A DNA stretch of 64,000 bases, from contig OZ244188.1 of NCBI GenBank assembly GCA_965216635.1, positions 2,176,001 to 2,240,000 on the forward strand. The letters run 5' to 3'. The notes under the pieces were generated by a model. It saw nothing but the letters and a program-made list of their open reading frames with translations. It was not told where the DNA came from and ran no database searches. Positions 1 through 8,932 of the stretch are shown here, in pieces; position 1 is the stretch's first letter, and every line of letters starts with the position of its first letter. Position numbers and translations under genes: made by a program. The DNA is from a bacterium. GTDB lineage: Bacteria > SAR324 > XYD2-FULL-50-16 > G965216635.

Positions 1-412
1 AAGGAAATGGATAGGCGTAGATGTTTCTGTGAAAGCATTTGAATTAGTCAAAAAGAGGTTGAAAAAAGAAATCAAGCCAGATTTGATAGACCCCGAAAAA
101 GAAGTAAGTTTTTCCACAGAAATGCCTAAAAGAACAGACTTAGGAGAAAAACCACAAAATTTGAAATGGGTGTATGTTATTTCCAACCCAGCTTATAAAG
201 GAGAATATAAAGTAGGTATCGCAAAAGACTGGCAAGCAAGACTCAATTCTTATCAAACCGCAGACCCCGACAGAGCTTACTCTATGGAGTATAAAAAAGA
301 AACTCCACTATTTAGAGAAATAGAAAAACATATCCACAACAAATTTGAAAACAATCACGAATGGGTAAAAGCAGACTTAAAAAATATTATCAAAGCAATT
401 AAAACTTATAAA
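1..412 (+). repeat. Direct repeat of 2240..2651 (tandem gene duplication)
   Basis: Offset 2239; only about 4 substitutions seen, all synonymous (aag/aaa, tcc/tct, gac/gat, cca/ccg). Confidence 0.95.
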
Positions 413-421
413 AATAATTGA
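1..421 (+). CDS. 3' part (5'-truncated by window) of DNA methyltransferase-T5orf172/GIY-YIG-like fusion, paralog of 1212..2654
   Basis: Translation is identical to the C-terminal part of the 480-aa ORF; frame open from the window start. Confidence 0.85.
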   Translation, partial: RKWIGVDVSVKAFELVKKRLKKEIKPDLIDPEKEVSFSTEMPKRTDLGEKPQNLKWVYVISNPAYKGEYKVGIAKDWQARLNSYQTADPDRAYSMEYKKETPLFREIEKHIHNKFENNHEWVKADLKNIIKAIKTYKNN

Positions 422-632
422 AACTGATCAAAGCAATTAAAAAGGACAAGCTCTACTGCCGCTACTCTCGCACTCCTTGCTACCCTTGGGGAGTTTTTTG
501 TAGTAGTAGATTTATCTAGTCTTCAATGATAAAATTTCTAAAATAGCTCATACCTATTGCAATAAATGTAACCTTTGTTTATAAATAACACTTGTTTTAT
601 AATTCCTTATATTTTCAAAATAATTTATTAAT

Positions 633-1199
633 ATGCTAAATTTTTTAAAGAGAGCATTAGCTTTTAACCCAAAAACAGGAGGAAATAACGAACAATTTTC
701 ACCAAGACAGAAAGAAGATAAAATAATAAAAAACAAATCTTTAATTTATGAACGTTCTAATGAGACTAGAAAAGACGGAATGATAGCCGTAGGGAAAATT
801 AAAGTAATCAATGGAAGTAGAAAACCATGGGAGACAAGAGAGAGGACATGGTCGGGAAAAGAAAAAAAATTTCATATTGTCTATCTTCCCCCTGGTCAAT
901 ATATTTGTGAATTTGCAAAAATGAGTTCGCTTGATTGGAAGGCTATAAGACCAATAAAGCTAAAAAAGTTAACTGATAGTAATGACCCTTTACGAGATGA
1001 TTCCAGACAAAAACTTGAGGAGGGTACTATATTTTTTCACAAACATACAGAAGGGAATCCCTTAAAAGGTTGCATTGGTATAATAGGTGGTGATAAGACT
1101 ATGGAGGAAATATTTAAAGAATTAAATAAAGATAAAGGGTGGGAAGAAGGCAAGAAATTTAAATTAGAAATAAAAGGTAAAAGACCTGATTATAGCTAA
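633..1199 (+). CDS. Hypothetical protein, possible L,D-transpeptidase-fold (DUF5675/Tlde1-like)
   Basis: LPPGQY and IFFH-x9-GCIG motifs resemble the His/Cys core of YkuD-like proteins. Confidence 0.45.
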   Translation: MLNFLKRALAFNPKTGGNNEQFSPRQKEDKIIKNKSLIYERSNETRKDGMIAVGKIKVINGSRKPWETRERTWSGKEKKFHIVYLPPGQYICEFAKMSSLDWKAIRPIKLKKLTDSNDPLRDDSRQKLEEGTIFFHKHTEGNPLKGCIGIIGGDKTMEEIFKELNKDKGWEEGKKFKLEIKGKRPDYS

Positions 1200-1211
1200 A
1201 AATTTTAAAAA

Positions 1212-2654
1212 ATGCTACAAAAAACCTTAAAAAATCGCACAATATTTTGTAAAGATAATATAGAAATACTGGAAGGCATCAATAGCAATTCTATTGACTT
1301 AATCTACCTAGACCCACCTTTTAACAAAAATAAAGTTTTTACTGCCCCCATAGGAAGTAGCGCCGAAGGAGCTTCTTTTAAGGATATTTTTAGAGAAGAA
1401 GATCTAAAAGAAGAATGGATTCAAACTATCAAAGAAGATAACGCTGAACTTTTTAACCTTTTGCACGGGGTTAAACTTATGGGCAACCGTTATAATTTTT
1501 GTTACCTCTGTTATATGGCGATTCGTTTGACCGACTTGCGAAGAATTTTAAAACCTACAGGTAGTCTGTATTTGCATTGCGATTCTACAATGTCGCATTA
1601 TCTTAAAATAGTTTTGGATTGTATTTTTGGAGAAGAAAATTTCAGGAATGAAATCGTTTGGAAAAGAACTACTTCCGCTGCAAAAGGAAGTCAATTCGCA
1701 GCAAAATCTTGGGGGACAAATACAGATATAATTTTTTACTATACCAAGACAGATGATTTTGAATTAGCACCTTTAGAGAAAATAGACCTTCAAAAAAACA
1801 CAAAAGAAATAGAAAACTTATTTCCTAAAACAGATGATAAAGGAGAAAAATACAATATTTTTGTGCCTTTATATTGTAGTAAAAGTATGGGAGCTAGACC
1901 TAATTTATGCTACGAATGGAGAGGATTCAAAAACTTGCATCCTTCGGGTTGGCGGTTGAGTAAAGAACGGATGGAAGAAGAATACAAAAAGGGCAATATT
2001 GTAATCGGCAACGGAAAAATTGAACGTAGACAGTATTTAAAAGATTACAAAGGCATCCCCTTAGGTAATCTGTGGAGTGATATAGCCAATGTAAGAGGAA
2101 GCGAAAGCACAGGTTACCCAACACAGAAACCGTTAACTTTAATGCATAGAATTATAGTAGCGAGCAGCAAAGAAGGAGATGTAGTTTTAGATCCATTTTG
2201 TGGCTGTGCTACTACCTGCGTTGCCAGTGAAATGTTAAAAAGGAAATGGATAGGCGTAGATGTTTCTGTGAAAGCATTTGAATTAGTCAAAAAGAGGTTG
2301 AAAAAAGAAATCAAACCAGATTTGATAGACCCCGAAAAAGAAGTAAGTTTTTCCACAGAAATGCCTAAAAGAACAGACTTAGGAGAAAAACCACAAAATT
2401 TGAAATGGGTGTATGTTATTTCTAACCCAGCTTATAAAGGAGAATATAAAGTAGGTATCGCAAAAGACTGGCAAGCAAGACTCAATTCTTATCAAACCGC
2501 AGATCCCGACAGAGCTTACTCTATGGAGTATAAAAAAGAAACTCCGCTATTTAGAGAAATAGAAAAACATATCCACAACAAATTTGAAAACAATCACGAA
2601 TGGGTAAAAGCAGACTTAAAAAATATTATCAAAGCAATTAAAACTTATAAATAG
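1212..2654 (+). CDS. Site-specific DNA methyltransferase (N6A/N4C, beta class) with C-terminal T5orf172/GIY-YIG-like domain
   Basis: DPPF motif IV near N-terminus, YPTQKP and LDPFCGCAT motif I; C-terminal WVYVISNPAY..YKVG..RL..YQT..E..IH..EW. Confidence 0.9.
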   Translation: MLQKTLKNRTIFCKDNIEILEGINSNSIDLIYLDPPFNKNKVFTAPIGSSAEGASFKDIFREEDLKEEWIQTIKEDNAELFNLLHGVKLMGNRYNFCYLCYMAIRLTDLRRILKPTGSLYLHCDSTMSHYLKIVLDCIFGEENFRNEIVWKRTTSAAKGSQFAAKSWGTNTDIIFYYTKTDDFELAPLEKIDLQKNTKEIENLFPKTDDKGEKYNIFVPLYCSKSMGARPNLCYEWRGFKNLHPSGWRLSKERMEEEYKKGNIVIGNGKIERRQYLKDYKGIPLGNLWSDIANVRGSESTGYPTQKPLTLMHRIIVASSKEGDVVLDPFCGCATTCVASEMLKRKWIGVDVSVKAFELVKKRLKKEIKPDLIDPEKEVSFSTEMPKRTDLGEKPQNLKWVYVISNPAYKGEYKVGIAKDWQARLNSYQTADPDRAYSMEYKKETPLFREIEKHIHNKFENNHEWVKADLKNIIKAIKTYK

Positions 2655-2706
2655 GCTTTTGTGTTATAAAATAATTTTGATTTAGTAAAATAATTTCACA
2701 ATTAAA

Positions 2707-3450
2707 ATGTCTTCTTTAATGATTTTTGCTGCTGGTTTTGGAAAAAGACTTGGATCATTAACTTCTACCACTCCCAAACCTCTACTACCTATTCACGACA
2801 AAACTGTTTTAGATTATATCCTAAAAAGCTATTATAAAAAAACCACCCTTTCTTCTGTTGTGATAAATACTCACTACAAAGCAGAAAAAATTCGTCAGTT
2901 TATTATGGAGAATCCACAGTATAAAATTTCTGAATCTTTTGAAGAAGATAAAATTTTAGGCACTGCTAAAGGATTATTTTACGCTAGTCTTCTCTTGGAA
3001 GGAGAAAATTTTTGGGTGCAAAATGCAGATATTTTGTGCGATTTTGAACCACAAAAACTTATGGATTTTCATTTAAAAAATAAAGCTATAGCTACTCTTG
3101 CGGTAAGTTCGAAATATTTCACTCCTTCTGCTGTAATTGTAGATAGTACAAATAGAGTTTGTGCCTTTAAAAAAATAAAAGAAGGCGAAAAAATAAAAGA
3201 AGGTGAAAGAATAAAAGAAGGCGAACAAAATCAAGCAAAAACTTTCTGCGGTATTCATTGTATTTCAAAAAAAATTTTTGATTTTATTTCTTTTGAGCAA
3301 GCACCGACATCTATTATAGATCTTTATAAAATACTTTTACAAAGAGGAGAAAAAATTATTAGCTGGGATATTGGAGCATCCGATTGGGTAGATATAGGTA
3401 GTCCAGAAAAACTCAAATGGGCTAGAAAAAACATCCATTTATTCACATAA
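2707..3450 (+). CDS. Sugar-phosphate nucleotidyltransferase (MurU/mannose-1-P guanylyltransferase-like)
   Basis: AAGFGKRL..LT...PKPLLP, LGTAKG, NADI, WVDIGS motifs. Confidence 0.85.
   Translation: MSSLMIFAAGFGKRLGSLTSTTPKPLLPIHDKTVLDYILKSYYKKTTLSSVVINTHYKAEKIRQFIMENPQYKISESFEEDKILGTAKGLFYASLLLEGENFWVQNADILCDFEPQKLMDFHLKNKAIATLAVSSKYFTPSAVIVDSTNRVCAFKKIKEGEKIKEGERIKEGEQNQAKTFCGIHCISKKIFDFISFEQAPTSIIDLYKILLQRGEKIISWDIGASDWVDIGSPEKLKWARKNIHLFT
3172..3225 (+). repeat. In-frame 18-bp tandem repeat x3 (KIKEGE)
   Basis: aaaataaaagaaggcgaa / aaaataaaagaaggtgaa / agaataaaagaaggcgaa. Confidence 0.9.
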
Positions 3451-3453
3451 ACA

Positions 3454-4461
3454 ATGAGAACTGATTTGGTAAAATATGTTGATTTGGGGATATATTTTGG
3501 GCAAAAATTTTTTCTGTTTCTATTTTTTTTAATTTTTGCGTCTTTTTTAATTTTTATAATTACAGATTTATTGCCCGGTGATACCGCTCAATTTATTTTA
3601 GGAACAGAAGCCTCTGCCGAGACTCTACAAAGTTTGCGAGAAGAATTGAATCTTCATCTTGCTTGGTATCAAAGGTATTTTTTTTGGATAAAAGGTTTGT
3701 TGCAAGGAGATTGGGGGAAAAGCTACATACTCAATTTAGATGTGAAGCAACTTTTTTTAGAAAGACTTTCGCTTACTTTACCACTTATTTTTTTAAGTCT
3801 TTTTCTGAGTTTGGCATTGGCTTATTTTTTAAGTTTTGTAGTAGTTTATTTCCAAAAAAACTGGCTGGATTGGGGGATCATGAGTCTGCTTCAATTAGGG
3901 ATAGCTCTACCTAGTTTTTGGATAGCTTCCTTATTGATTATTTTTTTTTCAGTTCAGCTAGGTTGGCTTCCCGTAGGTAATTTTTTGGGTTGGGATTTTA
4001 GCAGTTTGAGTGGTTTTTTTATTTCTTTAAAGTATCTAGTTCTTCCCTTGTTATCTTTGATTTTGCCCCAAACAGCTATTTTTACAAGGATTATCCGTAG
4101 CTCCTTGATTGAGGCTGCTACAGAAAATTTTATAAAAACAGCGCAGTCTAAGGGTCTATCCCCTTTTAAAATTTTGCTAAAACATATTTTTCCTTATGCT
4201 CAAATTCCTATTATTACGATTGTTGGTCTACAAATTCCTTTACTTATTACTGGGGTTGTTCTGATAGAATATGTATTTTTTTTACCCGGCATGGGCAGAC
4301 TTATTTTGCAAGCTATCCATCAACGGGATTTAATTTTGGTAAAAAATGCAGTTTTATTACTCATTCTGCTTGTCTCTTCTGTGAACTTAATTACTCAATG
4401 GATTATTTTAATTCTAAACCCAGATAGGCAAGCAGCAGACTATCCTATTCATCATTTTTAA
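3454..4461 (+). CDS. Peptide/nickel ABC transporter permease (DppB/OppB family)
   Basis: LPGD.A..ILG, GDWGKS, EAA loop (FIKTAQSKGLS), PGMGRL...I.QRD. Confidence 0.9.
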   Translation: MRTDLVKYVDLGIYFGQKFFLFLFFLIFASFLIFIITDLLPGDTAQFILGTEASAETLQSLREELNLHLAWYQRYFFWIKGLLQGDWGKSYILNLDVKQLFLERLSLTLPLIFLSLFLSLALAYFLSFVVVYFQKNWLDWGIMSLLQLGIALPSFWIASLLIIFFSVQLGWLPVGNFLGWDFSSLSGFFISLKYLVLPLLSLILPQTAIFTRIIRSSLIEAATENFIKTAQSKGLSPFKILLKHIFPYAQIPIITIVGLQIPLLITGVVLIEYVFFLPGMGRLILQAIHQRDLILVKNAVLLLILLVSSVNLITQWIILILNPDRQAADYPIHHF

Positions 4462-4464
4462 GTT

Positions 4465-5328
4465 ATGAACGAATCTGTAACCTACTTGATAGCAAATTAT
4501 AATCAAAAAAAATATCTTGCAGAATGCTTTGAGTCTTTAAAAAAGCAAACCAATCCAAATTGGAAAGCAGTTGTTTATGACGACGCCAGTAAAGATGGTT
4601 CTGTAGCCATCATAAAAAAATTTCTTTCTTCCAAGATAAAACTTTACCAATCCAAAAAAAACAAAGGAAAAACCTACGGTTTAAATCAACTTATTCACAA
4701 AACTAGTGGAGCTGAAAATGAAATTTTAGCAATTTTTGACCCTGATGATTGTCTGCTACCCCAAGCAACTGCTGAAATTTTAAAATATTATAAACAACAT
4801 CCAAAAACTAAATGGCTACATACCCGATATCAAATGATGGATGAAAGCCTGAAAAAAAACTTGAAAATTTATGGTAAAAATCCACCTAGCGGACAGTCTT
4901 TTTTGGCTTTTGGAAATGTGTGCCATATTTTGAGTTTCCGAAAAAATCTTTATTTAAAAATAGAAAAGACTATTCAAACTTCTAATACAAATCTGCTTTA
5001 TGCAGAAGACAAGGATTTAATTTACAAACTAGAAGAGCAAGCAGAAGCTGGGTTTATCCCGAAGGTGCTTTACAAATATAGGTATGTTCGGAGTTCTGCT
5101 ACTCACTCCCGAGAAAAAAGAAACCTCGGAGCAAAAAACCATTTCCTAATCCAAAAAGAGGTTTTGCAGAGAAGAAATATAAAAGGCTTAAAACAAAAAT
5201 TGTATCATTTCTTGTTTTTTTTAACCTATCAATATTACGCTTTGCATAATCCTTTTTTTATCCGTGCTTTCTTTTGGTTGCTTCATCGCTTGTTTAGAGT
5301 TTTATGGAAACCTTTTTTGAGCCCATAA
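4465..5328 (+). CDS. Glycosyltransferase family 2
   Basis: IANYNQ..YL, YDDASKDGS, DPDD, AEDKDL motifs. Confidence 0.85.
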   Translation: MNESVTYLIANYNQKKYLAECFESLKKQTNPNWKAVVYDDASKDGSVAIIKKFLSSKIKLYQSKKNKGKTYGLNQLIHKTSGAENEILAIFDPDDCLLPQATAEILKYYKQHPKTKWLHTRYQMMDESLKKNLKIYGKNPPSGQSFLAFGNVCHILSFRKNLYLKIEKTIQTSNTNLLYAEDKDLIYKLEEQAEAGFIPKVLYKYRYVRSSATHSREKRNLGAKNHFLIQKEVLQRRNIKGLKQKLYHFLFFLTYQYYALHNPFFIRAFFWLLHRLFRVLWKPFLSP

Positions 5329-5400
5329 ATTTTATGAGAAGAAAGCTTGAAATAAGTATGTAAATAATGCATTATAAAATAAACTTTTAAATAGATCAAA

Positions 5401-6705
5401 ATGACAAACCCACTAGCAAAAGAATTAAACCAAACCATTGAAAAATCAGCCCCAGCAGTTTACAAAGCACTTTCTCGGTTTGGAAAAGAGATATTTTTTC
5501 CAAAAGGAATTTTACACCAATCTACTTTAGCAAAAAAACAAGCAAGAAATATCAATGCAACTATAGGGATAGCTACAGAAAACAAAAAAGCTATCTATCT
5601 AGATTGTGTCCATAAACACTTTAGCGACATCTACGCAAAAGACATTTATCCTTATGCAGAAGTTGCTGGTAGAAAAGAATTAAGGGAGCTATGGAAAAAA
5701 AAAATGCTTATAGAAAATCCTAGCCTAGCGAAAAAAATTATCAGCAAACCCATAGTTACTCAAGGAATCACTCACGCTATTTCCATAGCGGCGCATCTTT
5801 TTGCAGATACCCATACAAAAATCATTATACCAGAGCTAGCGTGGGGCAATTATAAGTTGATTTTTCAAGTTCAACACCAAGCAGAAATTATTACTTACCC
5901 CTTATTTGCAGAGAAAAAATTCAACCTAGCAGGCTTTAGACAAACTATAGAAAATATAGAGGCAAAACAAAAAATTTTAATACTACTCAATTTTCCCAAT
6001 AACCCTACAGGCTACTCTCCCACTATGGAAGAGTTAGAAACGATCACAACAGTTTTAAAAACAGAAGCAGAAAAAGGAAAAAAAATAATTGTTCTATGCG
6101 ACGATGCTTATTTTGGTTTATTTTTTGAGAAAGAAACCGCTAAAGAATCCATTTTTAGTAAATTGGCAGGAATACACGAAAATATTATAGCTTTAGCTTT
6201 GAATGGACCCACCAAAGAAATGTTTGTCTGGGGGTTTCGGGTAGGATTTCTAACACTAGGATTAAAAGCAGAAAATTTAGACGATATTTATCAAGCACTA
6301 GAACAAAAAATTAAAGGAATCATTAGAACTAGCATTTCTAATGTAGGACATTCTTCACAAAGTATTTTAGAATCTGCTTTAAAAAATGAATCTTTTAAAA
6401 AAGAGCAAAAAGAAAAAAATGAAATTTTAGCAGAGCGCTACCACATAATCAAAAATTTACTAGCCCAAGAAAAATACCAAAAACACTGGGAAGCCTACCC
6501 TTTTAATTCTGGTTATTTTTTGTGTTTGCAGCTGAAAAAAATACCCTCTGTAAAACTATGGGAAATGCTTTTGAACGAATACCAAATAGGAACCATCTAT
6601 ATTAACGATACCGATTTAAGACTCGCCTTCAGCTCTGTGGATAAAGAAAAACTACCCGAACTCGTAGAAACAATTCACCAAGCTGCCTGTAAATTATCTA
6701 CTTAG
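5401..6705 (+). CDS. PLP-dependent aminotransferase class I/II
   Basis: NFPNNPTGY, DDAY, GPTKE..WGFRVG (PLP lysine). Confidence 0.9.
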   Translation: MTNPLAKELNQTIEKSAPAVYKALSRFGKEIFFPKGILHQSTLAKKQARNINATIGIATENKKAIYLDCVHKHFSDIYAKDIYPYAEVAGRKELRELWKKKMLIENPSLAKKIISKPIVTQGITHAISIAAHLFADTHTKIIIPELAWGNYKLIFQVQHQAEIITYPLFAEKKFNLAGFRQTIENIEAKQKILILLNFPNNPTGYSPTMEELETITTVLKTEAEKGKKIIVLCDDAYFGLFFEKETAKESIFSKLAGIHENIIALALNGPTKEMFVWGFRVGFLTLGLKAENLDDIYQALEQKIKGIIRTSISNVGHSSQSILESALKNESFKKEQKEKNEILAERYHIIKNLLAQEKYQKHWEAYPFNSGYFLCLQLKKIPSVKLWEMLLNEYQIGTIYINDTDLRLAFSSVDKEKLPELVETIHQAACKLST

Positions 6706-6739
6706 GCAAATTATCTATTTAGGTAAATTATCTACTTAG
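6689..6739 (+). repeat. 17-bp tandem repeat x3 of the last 17 nt of the aminotransferase gene
   Basis: gtaaattatctacttag gcaaattatctatttag gtaaattatctacttag. Confidence 0.9.
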
Positions 6740-6772
6740 AAAAATTTGCTATTTATAAAATATTTGCAAAAA

Positions 6773-8224
6773 ATGTTTGAACGAACTTTTAAAAAAATTG
6801 ATGATGAACTTCGCAAAGACGCAGGCTGTAGCAGCGAACTAGACTACATAGAGCAAACTTCTTGGATTTTATTTTTAAAATACCTAAGCGATTTAGAGAA
6901 AGAAAAGCAAGATAAAGCCAGTCTACAAGGAGAACCCCACCAACCTATCCTCAACCAAGAATTTCAATGGGAAAATTGGGCTTGTCCCAAAAATGAAGCA
7001 GGCGAACTAAACCATCAAAAAACACTGAACGGAGAAGACTTAAAAAATTTTGTAGATAGCAGGCTATTTCCCTACCTAAAAGAATTTAACAACCAACAGA
7101 GCAGTCCGGACACTATCCAATACAAAATCGGAGAAATATTTAACGAGCTAAAAAACAAAATCCAAAGCGGATATGTTTTAAGAGAAATTATGAACTCCGT
7201 AGACGAACTGCGTTTTCTTTCCAGCAAAGAAAAAGACGAAATGTCGCATCTTTACGAGGGCAAAATCAAAAATATGGGCAACGCCGGTAGAAACGGAGGA
7301 GAATACTATACCCCACGACCTCTAATTAAAAGCATCGTCAAAGTAATCACTCCCAAAATAGGCGAAACCATTTACGACGGAGCAGTAGGTTCCGCTGGAT
7401 TCTTATGCGAAGCCTACAAATACTTACGAGCCAACAAAAATCTTTCCACCAACGATTTAGAAGCCCTACAAAAAAAAACCTTTTACGGCAAAGAAAAAAA
7501 ATCTTTAGCCTATATCATCGGCATTATGAATATGATTTTGCACGGTATAGAAACCCCGAATATTATTCATAAAAACACCCTCTTAGAAAATGTAAATGAT
7601 ATTCAAGAAAAAGACAGATACAATATCGTACTAGCCAATCCCCCTTTTGGAGGAAGCGAAAGAAAAGAAGTGCAACAAAATTTCACCATTAAAACAGGAG
7701 AAACCGCCTTTCTTTTTTTGCAACACTTTATCAAAAGCCTCAAAGCTGGAGGCAGAGCTGGAATCGTAATAAAAAACACTTTCCTATCCAATACAGATCT
7801 TGCTTCCGTATCGCTCCGCAAAGAATTATTAGAAAATTGCAACCTACACACAATCCTAGATTTACCCTCTGGAGTTTTTCAAGGAGCTGGAGTCAAAACC
7901 ATAGTTCTTTTTTTTGAAAAAGCAACGTCAACCCAAAAAATTTGGTACTACCAGCTAAACTTGGCAAGAAATCTCGGCAAAACCAACCCCTTAAACGAAG
8001 AAGATTTATCCGAGTTTTTGCAAATGCAACGCACAGCAGCAGACTCAAAAAATTCTTGGACGATACAAACGCAACACATAGAGCAAAAAACTTTTGACCT
8101 ATCCGCTAAAAATCCTAACACACCCGACGAAGACCCAATAAGACAACCTCAAGAAATTTTAGCCGAAATACAAATTTTAGATAAAAAAACAGACGAGCTT
8201 TTTGCACAAATCAAAGAATTATGA
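6773..8224 (+). CDS. hsdM: Type I restriction-modification methyltransferase subunit M
   Basis: GEYYTPR, DGAVGSAGFL, NPPFGG motifs; ATG 6773 preferred over TTG 6746. Confidence 0.95.
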   Translation: MFERTFKKIDDELRKDAGCSSELDYIEQTSWILFLKYLSDLEKEKQDKASLQGEPHQPILNQEFQWENWACPKNEAGELNHQKTLNGEDLKNFVDSRLFPYLKEFNNQQSSPDTIQYKIGEIFNELKNKIQSGYVLREIMNSVDELRFLSSKEKDEMSHLYEGKIKNMGNAGRNGGEYYTPRPLIKSIVKVITPKIGETIYDGAVGSAGFLCEAYKYLRANKNLSTNDLEALQKKTFYGKEKKSLAYIIGIMNMILHGIETPNIIHKNTLLENVNDIQEKDRYNIVLANPPFGGSERKEVQQNFTIKTGETAFLFLQHFIKSLKAGGRAGIVIKNTFLSNTDLASVSLRKELLENCNLHTILDLPSGVFQGAGVKTIVLFFEKATSTQKIWYYQLNLARNLGKTNPLNEEDLSEFLQMQRTAADSKNSWTIQTQHIEQKTFDLSAKNPNTPDEDPIRQPQEILAEIQILDKKTDELFAQIKEL

Positions 8225-8259
8225 GAGCATCGCATTAAAAGTTTCAATACAAAAAAACA

Positions 8260-8688
8260 ATGAACGAAAAAAAAGATATTCGCTGGGTGCAGCGATTCAA
8301 TAGTTACAAAAAAGCACTAGCAAAACTAACTTTAGCTACCGAAGAAGCCACTGAAAGAGACTTGTCTGATTTAGAAAAAGAAGGCTTAATAAAAAGGTTT
8401 GAATATACTCAAGAATTAGCTTGGTTAACCATCAAAGATTTTTATGAATCGCAGGGAGAAAGCAATATTCAAGGAAGCAAAGATGCTTTTCAACTAGCCA
8501 TAAAAAGAAGTTTGATCCATAGTGGCAATGCGTTTATGGAAACTATTGAAAGCAGAATTAAAACAGTCCATACTTACGACGAAGAAGAAGCAAACAAAAT
8601 ATACCATCAAATTATAGACCAATACCACAGCGCTTTTTTAGAATTAGAAACAGCTTTATTGAAAGAAAAAGAAGAACGAAATTTATAG
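8260..8688 (+). CDS. HEPN-domain protein (HI0074/nucleotidyltransferase substrate-binding family), putative RNase toxin
   Basis: IRW.QRF, EGLIKRFEYT.ELAW, and RIKTVHTY = RX4HXY. Confidence 0.9.
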   Translation: MNEKKDIRWVQRFNSYKKALAKLTLATEEATERDLSDLEKEGLIKRFEYTQELAWLTIKDFYESQGESNIQGSKDAFQLAIKRSLIHSGNAFMETIESRIKTVHTYDEEEANKIYHQIIDQYHSAFLELETALLKEKEERNL

Positions 8689-8925
8689 ACCTTTGAATTT
8701 AGCTGATGCGACGGCTAGCCAAATGGTTAGAACAAGTGCAAAATTTTTTTTTTAATGGTAGTGCCACAATAATGGGATCAGGGCACTACAAAACTTAAAG
8801 CTAACACAATATAGACTGCAAAAGAGCCGCTGGCTATTTTGCTAAAGCCTGTATTGGCGTAAAAGCAATAAGCTTGCTTTGGTTAAACAGCTAGTTTTGT
8901 CCTATTTGGAAAATTCAAAAGTCTA
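8686..8925. mobile_element. Palindromic MITE-like element, family A
   Basis: TIRs tagacctttgaattt / aaattcaaaagtcta; left end overlaps the HEPN TAG stop; internal blocks shared with 13047, 41142 and 48955 copies (opposite orientation). Confidence 0.8.
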
Positions 8926-8932
8926 ATTTATA

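Noticed and set aside
451..520. Imperfect hairpin after the first MTase copy as an integron attC site
   Set aside because: No RYYYAAC/GTTRRRY core and no integrase; at most a terminator-like or relic hairpin.
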